This document shows positions 49,858-62,300 of a DNA stretch of 64,000 bases, one piece after another. Origin of the DNA: Callorhinchus milii (Eukaryota). Under the pieces are notes generated by a model. That model did no database searches and was not told where the DNA came from. It saw nothing but the letters and a program-made list of their open reading frames with translations. The stretch is taken from positions 11,658,001 through 11,722,000 of the forward strand of contig NW_024704743.1 of NCBI RefSeq assembly GCF_018977255.1. The letters are read 5' to 3'. The position numbers were made by a program, and so were the translations under genes. The stretch's first letter is position 1. The number at the start of each line of letters is the position of its first letter.

Positions 49858-51821
49858 CAGTACATCAGCCATGCCCTCTGCCTCCACAAGAAGATTTCTT
49901 CTTTGGTCCCTAATTGGCCCCATCCTACCTTTGACTAATCTTTTATTCTTTATATGCTTACTTAGAGTTCCATTTTATGTTGCCCGCTAATCTTTTCTCA
50001 TACAATCTCTTTGCCCCTCTTATTTCCTTTTCCAGTTCTCCACTGTACTTTCTATATTCTATTTGATTATCTTCTGTATTTTGGACTTGACATTTATCAT
50101 AAGCCTCCTTTTTCTGTTTTATTTTAATTCCAATTTCCTTAGTCATCCAGGGAGGCTTATGGGAATGTATTTGTTCTGTATCCGAACTATCCCCTCCTCG
50201 AAGGCTTCCCATTGCTCGTTAGCTGTTTTATCTGCCAATCTTTCTTTCCAGTCCACCTTGGCCAGGTCCCTATTTAACTCACTTAAATTAGTCCTCTTCC
50301 AACTGAGTATCTTTACTTTTGATTTTTCCTTGTCCCTTTCCATAAGTACTCTAAACCTAATGATGTTGTGATCACTGTTGTCCAGATGCTCTCCTACTGA
50401 AATCATTCCCCAGAACTAGATCCAGCACAGCTTCCTTCCTCGTTGGTCTGGTAATGTACTGATTCTGAAAGTTTTTCTGCATACATTTCAGGAATCCTTC
50501 CCCCTCCTTGCCCTTTACACTGTTATTTTGTCAGTCTTTGTTAGATAATTGAAGTCCCCCATTATCACTACTGGTCTTGCATTGTTCTGAAATCTGCTTG
50601 TAGATTTGCTCATCTATCTCCTTCCTACTATCTGGTGGTCTATAGTTTACACCTAACAAAGTAACAGCTCCTTTCCTGCTGCTTAACTCTAACCAAATAG
50701 ATTCTGTTTTTGGACCCTCTAGCACATCGTCCCTCTCCAGGCCGTAACCGTGTCCTTAATCAATATTGCCAGCCCCCCACCTTTTTTTCCTTCCCTATCC
50801 CTCCTGAATACATTGTAGCCAGGAATATTCAGCTCCCATTCCTGCTCTTGTGTGAGCCAGGTCTCAGTTATTTCCACTACATGATAACCCCATGTGGCAA
50901 CTTGAGCCTGCAGCTCACCGACCTTATTTGTCACATTCCATGCGCGCATTTCCACACATGCACTCCATGACTGACTTAGACTGCTCTGCATTTCTCCCCG
51001 TCTATTTCTTCCTTTTTCTGGACTACTCCTTATTACGTTGCTATTCATCTCTCAGTCTGCTATGTAACTTGTTTCTCCTCTCTGATGTTACATCCTGACA
51101 TCAGTGGTAGAGAAAATTCTAGAGTCTTTAATTGGGGACGTCGTCGTGGGGCACTTAGAAAGTCATAATATGAATAGGCAGAGTCAACATGGTTTTATGA
51201 AAGGGAAATCATGTTTAACAAATCTTTTAGTTTTTTTTGAAGATTTAACTAGCAGGTTATATAGGGGGGAACCAGTGGATATAGTGTATTTGGATTTTCA
51301 GAAAGCATTCGACAAGGAGTCACATAAAAGTTTGTTACATAAGATTAGGGCTCATGGAATTAAGGTTAATACATTAGCATGGATTGAAGAGTGGTTAACA
51401 GGCAGAAAACAGAGAGTAGGGATAAACGGGTCCTTCTCAGATTGGCAGGTTGTGACTAGTGGAGTGCCGCAAGGATCAGTGCTTGGGTCTCAACTGTTTT
51501 ACAGTCTACATCAAGGAAATAGAGCTTAATGTATCTAAAGTCGCGGATGATACAAAGCTAGGTGGGAAAGTAAGCTGTGAGGACACAAGGAGGATGCAAA
51601 GGGATATAGACAGGTTAAGTGAGTGGGCAAGAAGGTGGGAGATGGAGTACAATGTGGGGAAGTGTGAAGTTATTCACTTAAGTAGAAAAATAGAAAAGCA
51701 GATTATTTTATAGGAAGGGGGAGACTAGGTCGTGTTAGTATTCAGAGGGATTTAGATGTCCTTGTACACCAATCACAGAAAGTTAGTATACAGGTACAGC
51801 AAGCAATTAGAAAGGCTAATA

Positions 51822-54526
51822 CAGGAGTGGGTAATTATTTTGGCTGGTGGGCCACTTCACAAGCTTTGGTAAGCTTCCCGGGCCACACACTTAATATAGA
51901 TGCAAATGCTTAATAATAGCTCAAAATCAAGTCTTACACTTGTACATGCATAAAATAAAGTGTATATAATTGACATTCATTAAAATGAGGTTAAATAAAA
52001 ACAACTAATTGAACAGACATTTATTTGATATTTATTCATTTATTCACATATTGATGAGAATGTGAGAAGCTCACTCAATGGAAAGAATGAAATCGCTGAT
52101 GTGCGTTAACCAGACATTTGAAATCAGGCACCGTCTCCGTTGTTGCAATGTGGAGTACTACTGCAAGGTGGTCATCAGTCATCCCAGATCTATGTTTTGA
52201 TTTATTGCATTTCACAGAAAATGTCTCCTTGCATGTTGATCCAAACAGCACAAGCATCCTCCGGGCATGAGCCTTTATTTTTTGAAAGGTATATTCATTA
52301 AGAGAGGTGTAAAAACTGGGATTGATTTGAATTGCTCCGCAAGCAATGGATCACATTGCAGGTCAAAAAGCTTGAGTTGGAGGTCAAATGGAGCTTTGTC
52401 AACATCAAATGAGAAAGGTGAAGAGACCAAAGAGAGGTCATTTTCGATCAAATTGAAATCCTGGAATTGGCGAGAAAATTCAGCATGTAAGTCAACTAGT
52501 GAAGAAGTATAATTTTTTTAGGCTTTGATCGCAAACAGTAATCTGCTGCAAAGTTGGAAAGTGGGCGAACTACCCGTTTCCTATCTGAAACGATAAAAGA
52601 AATAATTTTATCATAAATGACTTGACACTGCAATACAAGTTGTGCGCAAAGGTCCCCTTCCATTGCAGTTTTGAATTCAGTTCATTCATGTAGCCCATGA
52701 TATCAATGGCAAATGCGAAATCAGAGAACCAATTCGCATCATTCAGCTGTGAGAAATCCGAATCTTTTTATTTCATGCCCAAAAATCAATCAATCTGTTC
52801 TCAGTTCCCCCACTCTTTACAAGACCTTTCCTAAACGAAGCCATCTTACATACTGTGATACAGAACATCCGTGTTTCTTTTGTTTCTTTGACTTGATCTT
52901 GAATTCTTTTCAGTAACCCAACATTTTTGCCTGTCAGATTTGAGCTTCCATCGGTGGTCCCGCATTCTCACCCTCACTTCGCTCCCCGATCACCCCAGTC
53001 CTTGCCAGATTGCACTGGCTGCCTATCCCAGAGAGGAAGGTTTCAAGATCCTCACCCTTGTATTCAAGTCCCTGCACTCCTCTGCACTTCCCTACCTCTC
53101 TGACCTCTCTCCTCAAAACAGTGCCCGTTGCCTTCGTTCCTCCGGGTCTGGCCTCCTCCTCGTCCCGCGAGTCCTCCGCTCCACCCTCGGTGACGTGCCT
53201 TCAGCCACTATGCCTTGAGGCTCTGGAACTGCCTTCCTCATTCCCTTCGTCTCGCTCCCTCCCTTCCCATTTTCAGGTCTCTGCTGAAGACCTTTCTTTT
53301 TGACCGCGCCTTTGGTCACCTTTCTCCCCCTCCCCCTAGCTCGGTCCCGGCCTCAGTTATTGTAAAGTGCTCTGAGACGCCGTCTGGCGTGGAAGGCACT
53401 ATATAAATCCAAGTTGTTGTTGTCACATTCACCAATTTTTTCCACTCCACTCCTAATTTTAAGATACATTTATTTACTGCCTCCAAAAAGTCTTCTCCAG
53501 TTGTCGTATCTTTCATTGACTGCATCGATGCCAATTCTTCTGTGAGCTCAAAATGTTTGGTGATACCTCGAATAAAAATTACCAACTGGGCTGTGTCTTT
53601 GACATTACAACTCTCATCGAGTGCCTGTGAAAATCATGCAAAACTGCTTTTTTTTTATCTGCAGATATAGGTTCTCAGAGATATCCTCAACATGTCTCGC
53701 CAATAGTTCGCCTTGACAAGCTAATGTTCTTGAACTGTTTTTTCTTGTCTGGGCATAAAATCGAGACAGAGTCAACCATACATTCCTTTATAAATTCTCC
53801 TTCAGAGAATGGTTTGCTGTTCTTGGCGATTTTGTGTGCAATTACGTAACTCACTCTTGTAATCTTATCCTCGGACGCAAATTGTTTTGTGAAATTGCTT
53901 TGCTCTTTTTGCATTCGAATAACCATCTCATCAGCTTTCTTTCCTTTTTCTTTGGCAGAAACGTTCTTATATTTGCAAGCATGTTTGCTCTCAAAATGGC
54001 GATTCAAGTTGCAGTCTTTGAGCACTGCCACACTTTCTTTGCAAATTAGGCACACAGCTTTTCCACCCACACTGGTTTAAAAAAATATTTAGAAGTCCAT
54101 TCTTTGTTGAATATTCGGCCTTCAGCGTCCACTTTCCGCTTCTTTGATAAACTCATTTCAAATTAACATCCTCTTCAGTGAAAAGTGTTGCCGCGTGCGC
54201 ATGTTTGAAAATTTGCCGATCCGTACATTTCTGATGTCAGCCTGATTCAACACTTAAGGGAACGTGCGCACAACTAAGCAGTGTGATTGGCTGATGTTCC
54301 CGGTCTGATTCAAATGCGAAATTTGTGGAGAAAAAAACTTAACGACTTTAGCAATTAAAAATCAATGCTGTGATAAAAGTAAGAAACGTAAGGGACACAT
54401 TTAAAACTGATCCTTTCTGGGACTGAACAAACTATAACTTTATTTATTGCTAGACACAATGACGGGCCAGGGAGAATCATTTGGCGGGCCAAATATGGCC
54501 CGCGGGCCGTATTTTGCCCACCACTG
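51822..54526 (-). mobile_element. hAT DNA transposon (Charlie/Buster group, SPIN/GTF2IRD2-like)
   Basis: 8-bp TSD GGCTAATA at 51814-51821 and 54527-54534; imperfect TIRs CAGGAGTGGGTAA / TTGCCCACCACTG; GGCCCGCGGGCC subterminal motif. Confidence 0.93.
52075..54156 (-). pseudogene. Disrupted hAT transposase
   Basis: MSLSKKRKVDAEGRIFNKEW..AVCLIC..NLNRHFESKH (zinc finger), KPFSEGEFIKEC..ISLSRRT, DESC, and a dimerisation-like LFGST.KETFS. Contains frameshifts and an L2 fragment at ~52955-53422. Confidence 0.9.
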
Positions 54527-55329
54527 GGCTAATAGCATGTTAGCGTTTATTGCAAAGGGGTTAGAGTACAAGAGTAGGGAAGTCTTGCTGCAGTTGTATA
54601 GGGCCTTCGTGAGACGTCACTTAGAGTATTGTGTGCAGTTTTGGTCTCCTTATCCAAGAAAAGATATACTCGCTTCAGAGGGGGTGCAACGTAGGTTCAC
54701 TAGGTTGGTTCCTGGGATGACCTACGAGGAGAGGTTGAGTAGACTAGGCCTATATTCTTTAAATTATAGAAGAATTAGAGGTGATCGTACAGAAACCTAT
54801 AAGATTTTTAAGGGTCTTGACATGGTAGATAGTGTGAGACTGTTTCCCCGGTTGGAGAATCTAAAACTAGGGGTCATAGTCTCAGGATTAAAGGTCAGCC
54901 CTTTAGAACTGAGTTGAGAAAACATTTCTTCACTCAGAGGGTAGTGAATTTATGGAATTCTCTACCCCAAAAGGCTGTTGATGTTTAGTCATTGAACATA
55001 TTTAAGTCTGAGATTGATAGATTTTTAAAAACTTAAGGGATATGGGGATAGGCCAGGCAAATGGAATTAGCTTAGAAGATCAGCCATGATCTTATTAAAT
55101 CGCGGGGCAGGCTCAAGGGGCCGAATAGCCTTCTTCTGCTCCTATTTCTTATGTTCTTATCTTGATTCCCTTCCACCCTCGAAATTAGTTTAATCCCTTC
55201 CCCTCAGCACTAGTTAACCTCCCTGCGAGGACTTTGGTCCAAGCCCTGTTCAGGTGTAACCCATCCACCTTGTACAGATCCCACCTGCCCCAGAACTGAT
55301 CCCAATGTTCCAGGAACCTAAAGCCCTCC

Positions 55330-56639
55330 TCGATACGGTCGACCACGCTATCCTACTCCACCGCTTGTCCTCCCACCTCAACCTTCAAGGCACTGTCCTT
55401 GAATGGTTTAGCTCTTACCTTTCCCACCGTCTTCACTTCGTCTCAACGAATGGCTTCTCCTCCACCCCCCGTACTGTCTCATGTGGTGTCCCTCAGGGCT
55501 CTGTCCTCGGTCCCCTCCTCTTCACCCTCTATATGCTCCCCCTTGGTGACATCATCCGCAAACATGGGGTTAACTTCCACATGTATGCGGATGACACCCA
55601 ACTCTACCTTTCCTCCTCTACTCTCAACTCCACGACCACCGATGTCCTGACAGCCTGCCTGTCCGACATCGAGTCCTGGACGAGAGACAACTTTCTTCAG
55701 CTCAACGTGCGAAAAACCGAGGCCCTCCTGATTGGCTCACGTCAGCGCCTCCGCACCTCAGGCGCTGACACCATCAGCATCCAAGGCTGCACTCTCCACC
55801 TCTCAAAGCCAGTCAGGAACCTCGGGGTTTTGTTCGACCCTGAGCTGTCCTTTCTCCCTCACATCCGCACCACAACTGGCACCGCCTTCCATCACCTCCG
55901 GAATATCGCCAGATTACGGCACTACCTCACCCCTCACGCTGCTGAAACCCTGGTTCACGCCTTTGTCACCTCAAGGCTGGACTATGGGAACTCTCTCCTC
56001 GCCGGCCTTCCCGGCACCTCCCTCCACAAGCTGCAGGTCATTCAGAACTCTGCAGCTCGTGTACTGTCCCGCACCAGGCTTCGCGATCACATCACTCCCA
56101 CCCTCGCTCGCCTCCACTGGCTCCCCATCCCCCAGAGGATTGATTTCAAGATCCTCATCCTCACCTACAAGGCCATTCACGGCCTTGCTCCCTCCTACCT
56201 CTCCAACCTACTATCCCCCTACCTACCTGCCCGTACCCTCCGTTCCTCTGGCTCCGGTCTGCTCCACGTCCCCCGCCCCAACCGCCCTACTATCGGTGGT
56301 CGGGCCTTCAGCCTCTCAGCCCCGAGGCTCTGGAACTCCATCCCCCAGTGCCTTCGCCTTGCTTCCTCCCTTTCCTCCTTCAAGGCCGGTCTCAAAACCT
56401 TTCTCTTTGACCGTGCCTTCAGCTCCCCTCTCGACTCTCTTCCTCCTCCTCGCTCCCTCCCTTCCCTCCCCTCACCCTGACCATTTCCCCCTCCTCTCTC
56501 CCTCCCTTCCCTCCCTCCCCTCACCCTGACCATTTCCCCCCTGCTCGGGTCATGACCCAACTGTGCAGCGCCTTGGGACGTCCTCCTGACGTGAAAGGCG
56601 CTCTATAAATGGAATCTTGTTGTTGTTGTTGTTGTTGTT
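55330..56639 (+). mobile_element. 5'-truncated young L2 with uninterrupted RT C-terminal reading frame
   Basis: [31 protein letters not shown]; (TTG)n tail; inserted in CR1 ORF1. Confidence 0.95.
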
Positions 56640-57354
56640 CTGCACCATTTCTCCAGCCATGCATTCATGTGTTTGATCCTGCTGTTTTGATACTCACTTG
56701 CACGAGGTACTGCGAGTAATCCAGAAATCACCACCTTTGAAGTCCTACTCTTTAGCTTTTTCCCTAGCTTCTGATACTCTCCCTGCAGAATCTCAGCCCT
56801 TTTTTTTCCTGCGTCATGGATCGCAACATGGAGCACGACTTCTGGATGTTCCCCTTCCCCCTGTCGAACATTTTGCACCCATTCCGTGATGTCTTCACCA
56901 GGGAGGCAACATACCATGCGAGAGTCCTGTCTTTGGTTGCAGAAACGCCTGTCTACTCCTTTCACCATTATGTCCCCAATGACAATTGTGTTGACACTCT
57001 TCCCTGTCCCCCCTGTGCATCCATTTGCTTTTGACTCCCATCACCATGGCCAGTATTCAGTACAGAAAACCAGTTTGTGAGTGCCACACTCTCAGGAGAT
57101 TTCTGCACTGCCCGTTCCCTCTTCCTACCATGCCGGGTGGTCACCCACCGACTCACTCCCCTTCTGAACCCTCTGTGACTGTAGAGTGACAACCTCATGA
57201 AACATTCAATCCATGAACTCTTCAGCCTCCAGTATGTTATGTTGTGACACCAGCCTCTCCTCAAGCTTGAGCAGCCAGAGGCACTTCCTGCACATGTGTT
57301 TGTCCAGGGCACACAAAGCATCCTGGAGTTCCCACATGGCACATCTTGTGCATG

Positions 57355-57928
57355 CAATGGGTCCTCACACTCGTCTACAAATCCCTTCATGCCCTGGCAC
57401 TTGCCTACCTTTCTAATCTGCTTTCTCCTCACTCCACTATCCGCTGGCTCCCCTCAGAGCTGGTTCTGACTTTCTGCTTGTCCTTTGCGTCCTCCACTCC
57501 ACCATTGGCGGCCAGGCTTTTAGCCACTACACCCAAAGCTTTGGAACTCTATTCCCCAATCCTTCCAATCCTTACACTCGTGTTCAAATCCCTTCATTCC
57601 CTGGCACCACCCTACCTCTCCGACCTCACTCCCCAATGCACCACCCTCCTCTCAACTGGCACCGGCCTCCTGCTTATCCCTCGCACCCTCTGCTCCACCG
57701 TTGAAGGTCGTGCCTTCAGCTACGACTCCCCGAAACTCTGTAACATTCTCCCTCAATCCCTCTGCCTCTCCCCTTTTTCAAGTCCAGCCTGAAAACCTTC
57801 GTTTTTGACAGTGCTTATAGTCGCTTACCCACCCCACCCCCAGCTTGGAGTCAGGCTGCACCACTGTTAAGCTTCCGAGACACTGGCCTGGGTGAAGGGC
57901 GCTGTATAAATGTAAGTTGTTGTTGTTA
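57355..57928 (+). mobile_element. Two tandem old L2 3' fragments
   Basis: LTLVYKSLH and LTLVFKSLHSLAPPYLSDL motifs; tail at ~57900-57928. Confidence 0.75.
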
Positions 57929-58719
57929 CAGAGAATATCTTGGAGAGCTTTACAGTGGAGGGCATCGCAGGGAAGTGGGGAATGGAGAAGTTTCAACTAC
58001 ACTATTGTATAATGTTTAAATTCCCACGTTGGATATACTCTTTGGCCTCACAAATGAGATTGGCTTAAGGATATTTTGCTGCTCTGGGCCTGTGTCCAAG
58101 AGCTGGACTGACACCTTCCCAGCTTGTAGAACCATAGACATTTTTATAGATAGTAGAAAGCCCATCATGTCTGCGCAAACTCTTTGAAAGAGTGATCTCA
58201 TTTCACAGAGGGTCCTTTGCAGCCAGCAGAGTGGCTCTCGGCTCGATGTCTGTGGGCTGAGTTGGTGCTTATGATTAAAAATTTATTGAAAATGAATACA
58301 TAAAGGCAGTCTGACCATGTTATAACATAAACTATAACCTAATAAAGTAGTAAACCCGTGGACTCTTTACATGAGACTTGAGGGGGACCTGTAAATATTG
58401 GATGTACGTTACACGTCTGTTGACCCAAAAGCAGGACCTTTTACTATTTTGTTTCCCTGTGGACTCCCTTTGTTATATAACGCAGCATCTAATTTTATGG
58501 TTCCCTGATGAGACACCGACACAGCTCTTTCTTTAACTAAAAAGAAAATGAGTGCTTTCTGTTTTCCCTTCTTTTCCTTTAAAGTGGGGATTGGTTGAGG
58601 TCAGATGTTTTGCATGATTAGGAGAAATTAAACCTGTGACCTGATGATCGGTGGCTCTGTGTTTTGAATCACTATCCTAAAAGTACCAGTCTTATAGAAA
58701 TGTGCCCGTGTCTTTACAG

Positions 58720-58902
58720 ATCAATCCCTCGCTGAGCAGAACGTGAAAAATAATTCAACCGTTATGGTCATGCAAACCACAGTCACTCAAGAGGAAGCTA
58801 GAGAGCAGGAGACATTTTTCAAAGAGGAGATAAGAGAGCGAGAAGAGTCAAAAGCCAAAATATCTAGGACGAGGAAGGGAGCTGAGCTCTTAGCTCAACA
58901 CG
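58720..58902 (+). CDS. NUB1: NUB1-like, fifth coding exon (gene continues beyond the window)
   Basis: Acceptor TCTTTACAG; (D)QSLAEQNVKNNSTVMVM..EEARE..ISRTRKGAELLAQH vs KTLEEQGVAHNVKAMVL..IQRTKRGLEILAKR; donor G|GTAAGT. Confidence 0.87.
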
Positions 58903-59364
58903 GTAAGTTTATTGCCGCGTTTCGCCCACAAAATACACAGTCAGTCGACTTTACAGTATATCCTGTGAAGTTCTATGAGGCATCATATGACGTGATAAGG
59001 CGCAGTATCAGGTGTGAGGATTATTATTATTTGGCAATATACCCTAGTCGCTAGAGCTTTATATAAGTGTGAACCAGAGGATCGCTTAACTCCAACCCAT
59101 GGGTTTTGTAATCAGCCCTATTAATGTGCTCCAGTTCCTAAGCCACCAAATGATCCTAGAATTGTACAATCTTAGTATCATGGTATCACTAATTAACATT
59201 GGTGGTTTCAGTTGATAGACCATCTTCACTGAATGGCATCTGACATTCTTTGATACTCCATGTTGTGATCTCTCATTATATGGTGGTTTAGGAACTGAAA
59301 GACAACATTCAGAGCATAAAACTCAATTCAGTACAGACCACTGTGTTCCTCCACCCATATATTG

Positions 59365-62300
59365 TTTTTTTGGGGTCAGCGGGTGTCTGACACACGCAGA
59401 AACCCATCATCATGCTTAAGCGTATCCAACCAACAGAAAATTCGACGCATCCCACCTACACGTGGAAATTTCAGAGATAATTATCGAAATGGAATATGCA
59501 CTCTCTCCCTGAAGAAATGAATCCTGATTATGCATCCAGCGCCTTGGGACCTCCTCCCAACCTGAAAGGCATTATACAAATATAATTGTGTATTCTATTG
59601 TTAACTAATTCCAGAAAGTATTAGGCACAGGGTGGCAAGAGCCAAGACTTGAGGTCTTCGGAGTGTGCGTTCGGGTACTGCTAGAGTCTAACCAGCTAAA
59701 ACCACATAGCTTGCCAATGAAAACACTGTCTGGCAAGCTTTCAACAACAACAACAAGATTCCATTTATAAAGCGCCTTTCACGTCAGGAGGACGTCCCAA
59801 GGCGCTGCACAGTTGGGTCATGACCCGAGCAGGGGGGAAATGGTCAGGGTGAGGGGAGGGAAGGGAGGGAGCGAGGGGGGAGGAAATGGTCAGGGTGAGG
59901 GGAGGGAAGGGAGGGAGCGAGGAGGGGAAGAGAGTCGAGAGGGGAGCTGAAGGCTCGGTCAAAGAGAAAGGTTTTGAGACCGGCCTTGAAGGAGGAAAGG
60001 GAGGAAGCAAGGCGAAGGCACTGGGGGATGGAGTTCCAGAGCCTGGGGCTGAGAGGCTGAAGGCCCGACCACCGATGGTAGGGCGGTTGGGGCGGGGGAC
60101 GTGGAGCAGACCGGAGCCAGAGGAACGGAGGGTACGGGCAGGTAGGTAGGGGGATAGTAGGTTGGAGAGGTAGGAGGGAGCAAGGCCGTGAATGGCCTTG
60201 TAGGTGAGGATGAGGATCTTGAAATCAATCCTCTGGGGGATGGGGAGCCAGTGGAGGCGAGCGAGGGTGGGAGTGATGTGGTCCCGAAGCCTGGTGCGGG
60301 ACAGTACACGAGCTGCAGAGTTCTGAATGACCTGCAGCTTGTGGAGGGAGGTGGCGGGAAGGCCGGCGAGGAGAGAGTTCCCATAGTCCAGCCTTGAGGT
60401 GACAAAGGCGTGAACCAGGGTTTCAGCAGCGTGAGGGGTGAGGTAGTGCCGTAGTCTGGCGATGTTCCGGAGGTGATGGAAGGCGGTGCCAGTTGTGGTG
60501 CGGATGTGAGGGAGAAAGGACAGCTCAGGGTCGAACAAAACGCCGAGGTTCCTGACTGGCTTTGAGAGGTGGAGAGTGCAGCCTTGGATGCTGATGGTGT
60601 CAGCGCCTGAGGTGCGGAGGCGCTGACGTGAGCCAATCAGGAGGGCCTCGGTTTTTCGCACGTTGAGCTGAAGAAAGTTGTCTCTCGTCCAGGACTCGAT
60701 GTCGGACAGGCAGCTGTCAGGACATCGGTGGTCGTGGAGTTGAGAGTAGAGGAGGAAAGGTAGAGTTGGGTGTCATCCGCATACATGTGGAAGTTAACCC
60801 ATGTCTGCGGATGATGTCACCAAGGGGGAGCATATAGAGGGTGAAGAGGAGGGGACCGAGGACAGAGCCCTGAGGGACACCACATGAGACAGTGCGGGGG
60901 GTGGAGGAGAAGCCATTCGTCGAGACAAAGTGAAGACGGTGAGAAAGGTACGACCTAAACCATTCAAGGACAGTGCCTTGAAGGTTGAGGTGGGAGGACA
61001 AGCGGTGGAGTAGGATAGCGTGGTCGACCGTATCGAATGCTGCCGATAGGTCGAGGAGGACGAGGAGACAGAGGGAGCCCTGGTCACAGATGGTCAGGAT
61101 ATCATTGGTGACCTTGACCAGGGCAGTTTCTGTGCTATGGGCAGCACGGAAACCTGACTGAAGGGGTTCGAAAAGAGAATGGGTGGAAAGGAAAGAGCGC
61201 AGTTGGGAGGCGACAACTCTTTCCAAGACCTTGGAGAGAAAGGGGAGGTTGGAGATGGGCCGGTAGCTTGATAGCTGCGACGCATCAAGGGAGGGTTTTT
61301 TCAGGGTGGGCGTGATGATGGCAGTTTTTAATGGAATGGGGACAGAGCCAGAGGAGAGGGACAGGTTGATGATGTCAGTGATATGTGGGGCAAGAAAGTG
61401 GAGCTGGGAGATAAGGAGTGGAGTGGGGATGGGGTCAAGGGAGCAGGTGGTTGGTTTTAGGGATAGGATGAGTTCAGTGACAGAGGGTGGGGAAACGGGT
61501 ACGAAGGTGTGTAGGGGAGGATGGGTAGGAGTCGGAGTGTGGGAGGGAAGGGGTGGGTGGTGGGTGGAAGTTGGAGGGGAAGTGACCGCGGAGCGGATTC
61601 CCTTGATCTTGGATTCAAGGAAATCCAGCATCTCCTCGCAGTGAAGGTTGGAGGAGATGACCTGCGCGGGGTGGCGGGGGGACGGAGGAGTCGGGTTGTG
61701 GTGGAAAACAGTAGCCTGGGGTTGTTCTTCGCCTCCAGGATTATCCTGGAGTAGAAGGACGACTTGGCCGAGGCTAGAGTGGAGCGGTAAATTTTGAGGA
61801 GGTCCAGCCAGATTTGTCGGTGGACCGTTAGGCCAGATTTGACACAGGTGCGTTCAGCAGCCCGCACCTGGCTTTTCAGTGAGCGGAGGTGGGTGGTGTA
61901 CCAGGGGGAGGAGCGGGAGTAGGAGACAGTGCGGGAAGTGATGGGGGCAAGAGTATCGAGTGTGGAGGAGAGGGTATTGTGGAGGAGGGAGAGAGGAGAA
62001 GAGGGGTCGGTGAGGGTTGAAGGCCAGAGGGAGAGGAGTTCAGAGGACTCCAAGGCATCGGTTAGGGATTGTGGGGGTAACTTCTTCCAAGGGCGGTAGA
62101 AGATGGTGGTGGGTCTGGTGGAGGTGGGGAGGGGGGTGGAGGTGGTGAAGGAGATGAAGTAGTGGTCAGAGATGGCCTTGTCGGTAATAGTGACATCCGA
62201 GACACTGAGGCCCCGGGTGATCACCAAATCGAGTGGGTGGCCGTGACTGTGAGTGGGGGAGTTTATGTGTAAGGAGAGGTTGAGTGAGGAGAGCAGGGAA

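Larger units (their letters stand above)
51099..55160 (+). mobile_element. 5'-truncated CR1 of a second family, split by the hAT element
   Basis: [40 protein letters not shown]; resumes after 54526; tail CTTATGTTCTTAT. Confidence 0.9.
47884..57360 (-). mobile_element. Near-full-length degenerate CR1, fragmented by nested insertions (host pieces 47884-51098, 55161-55329, 56640-57360)
   Basis: Tail at 47884; ORF2 RT and EN motifs; ORF1 esterase (VCCLPG..VVISGLL) and Cys-rich N-terminus; the host reads continuously across the insertion points when compared with the copy at 11330-11520. Confidence 0.88.

Noticed and set aside
55305..56480. 391-aa ORF as a standalone reverse transcriptase gene
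   Set aside because: It is a 5'-truncated L2; the ATG and first codons come from the flanking antisense CR1.
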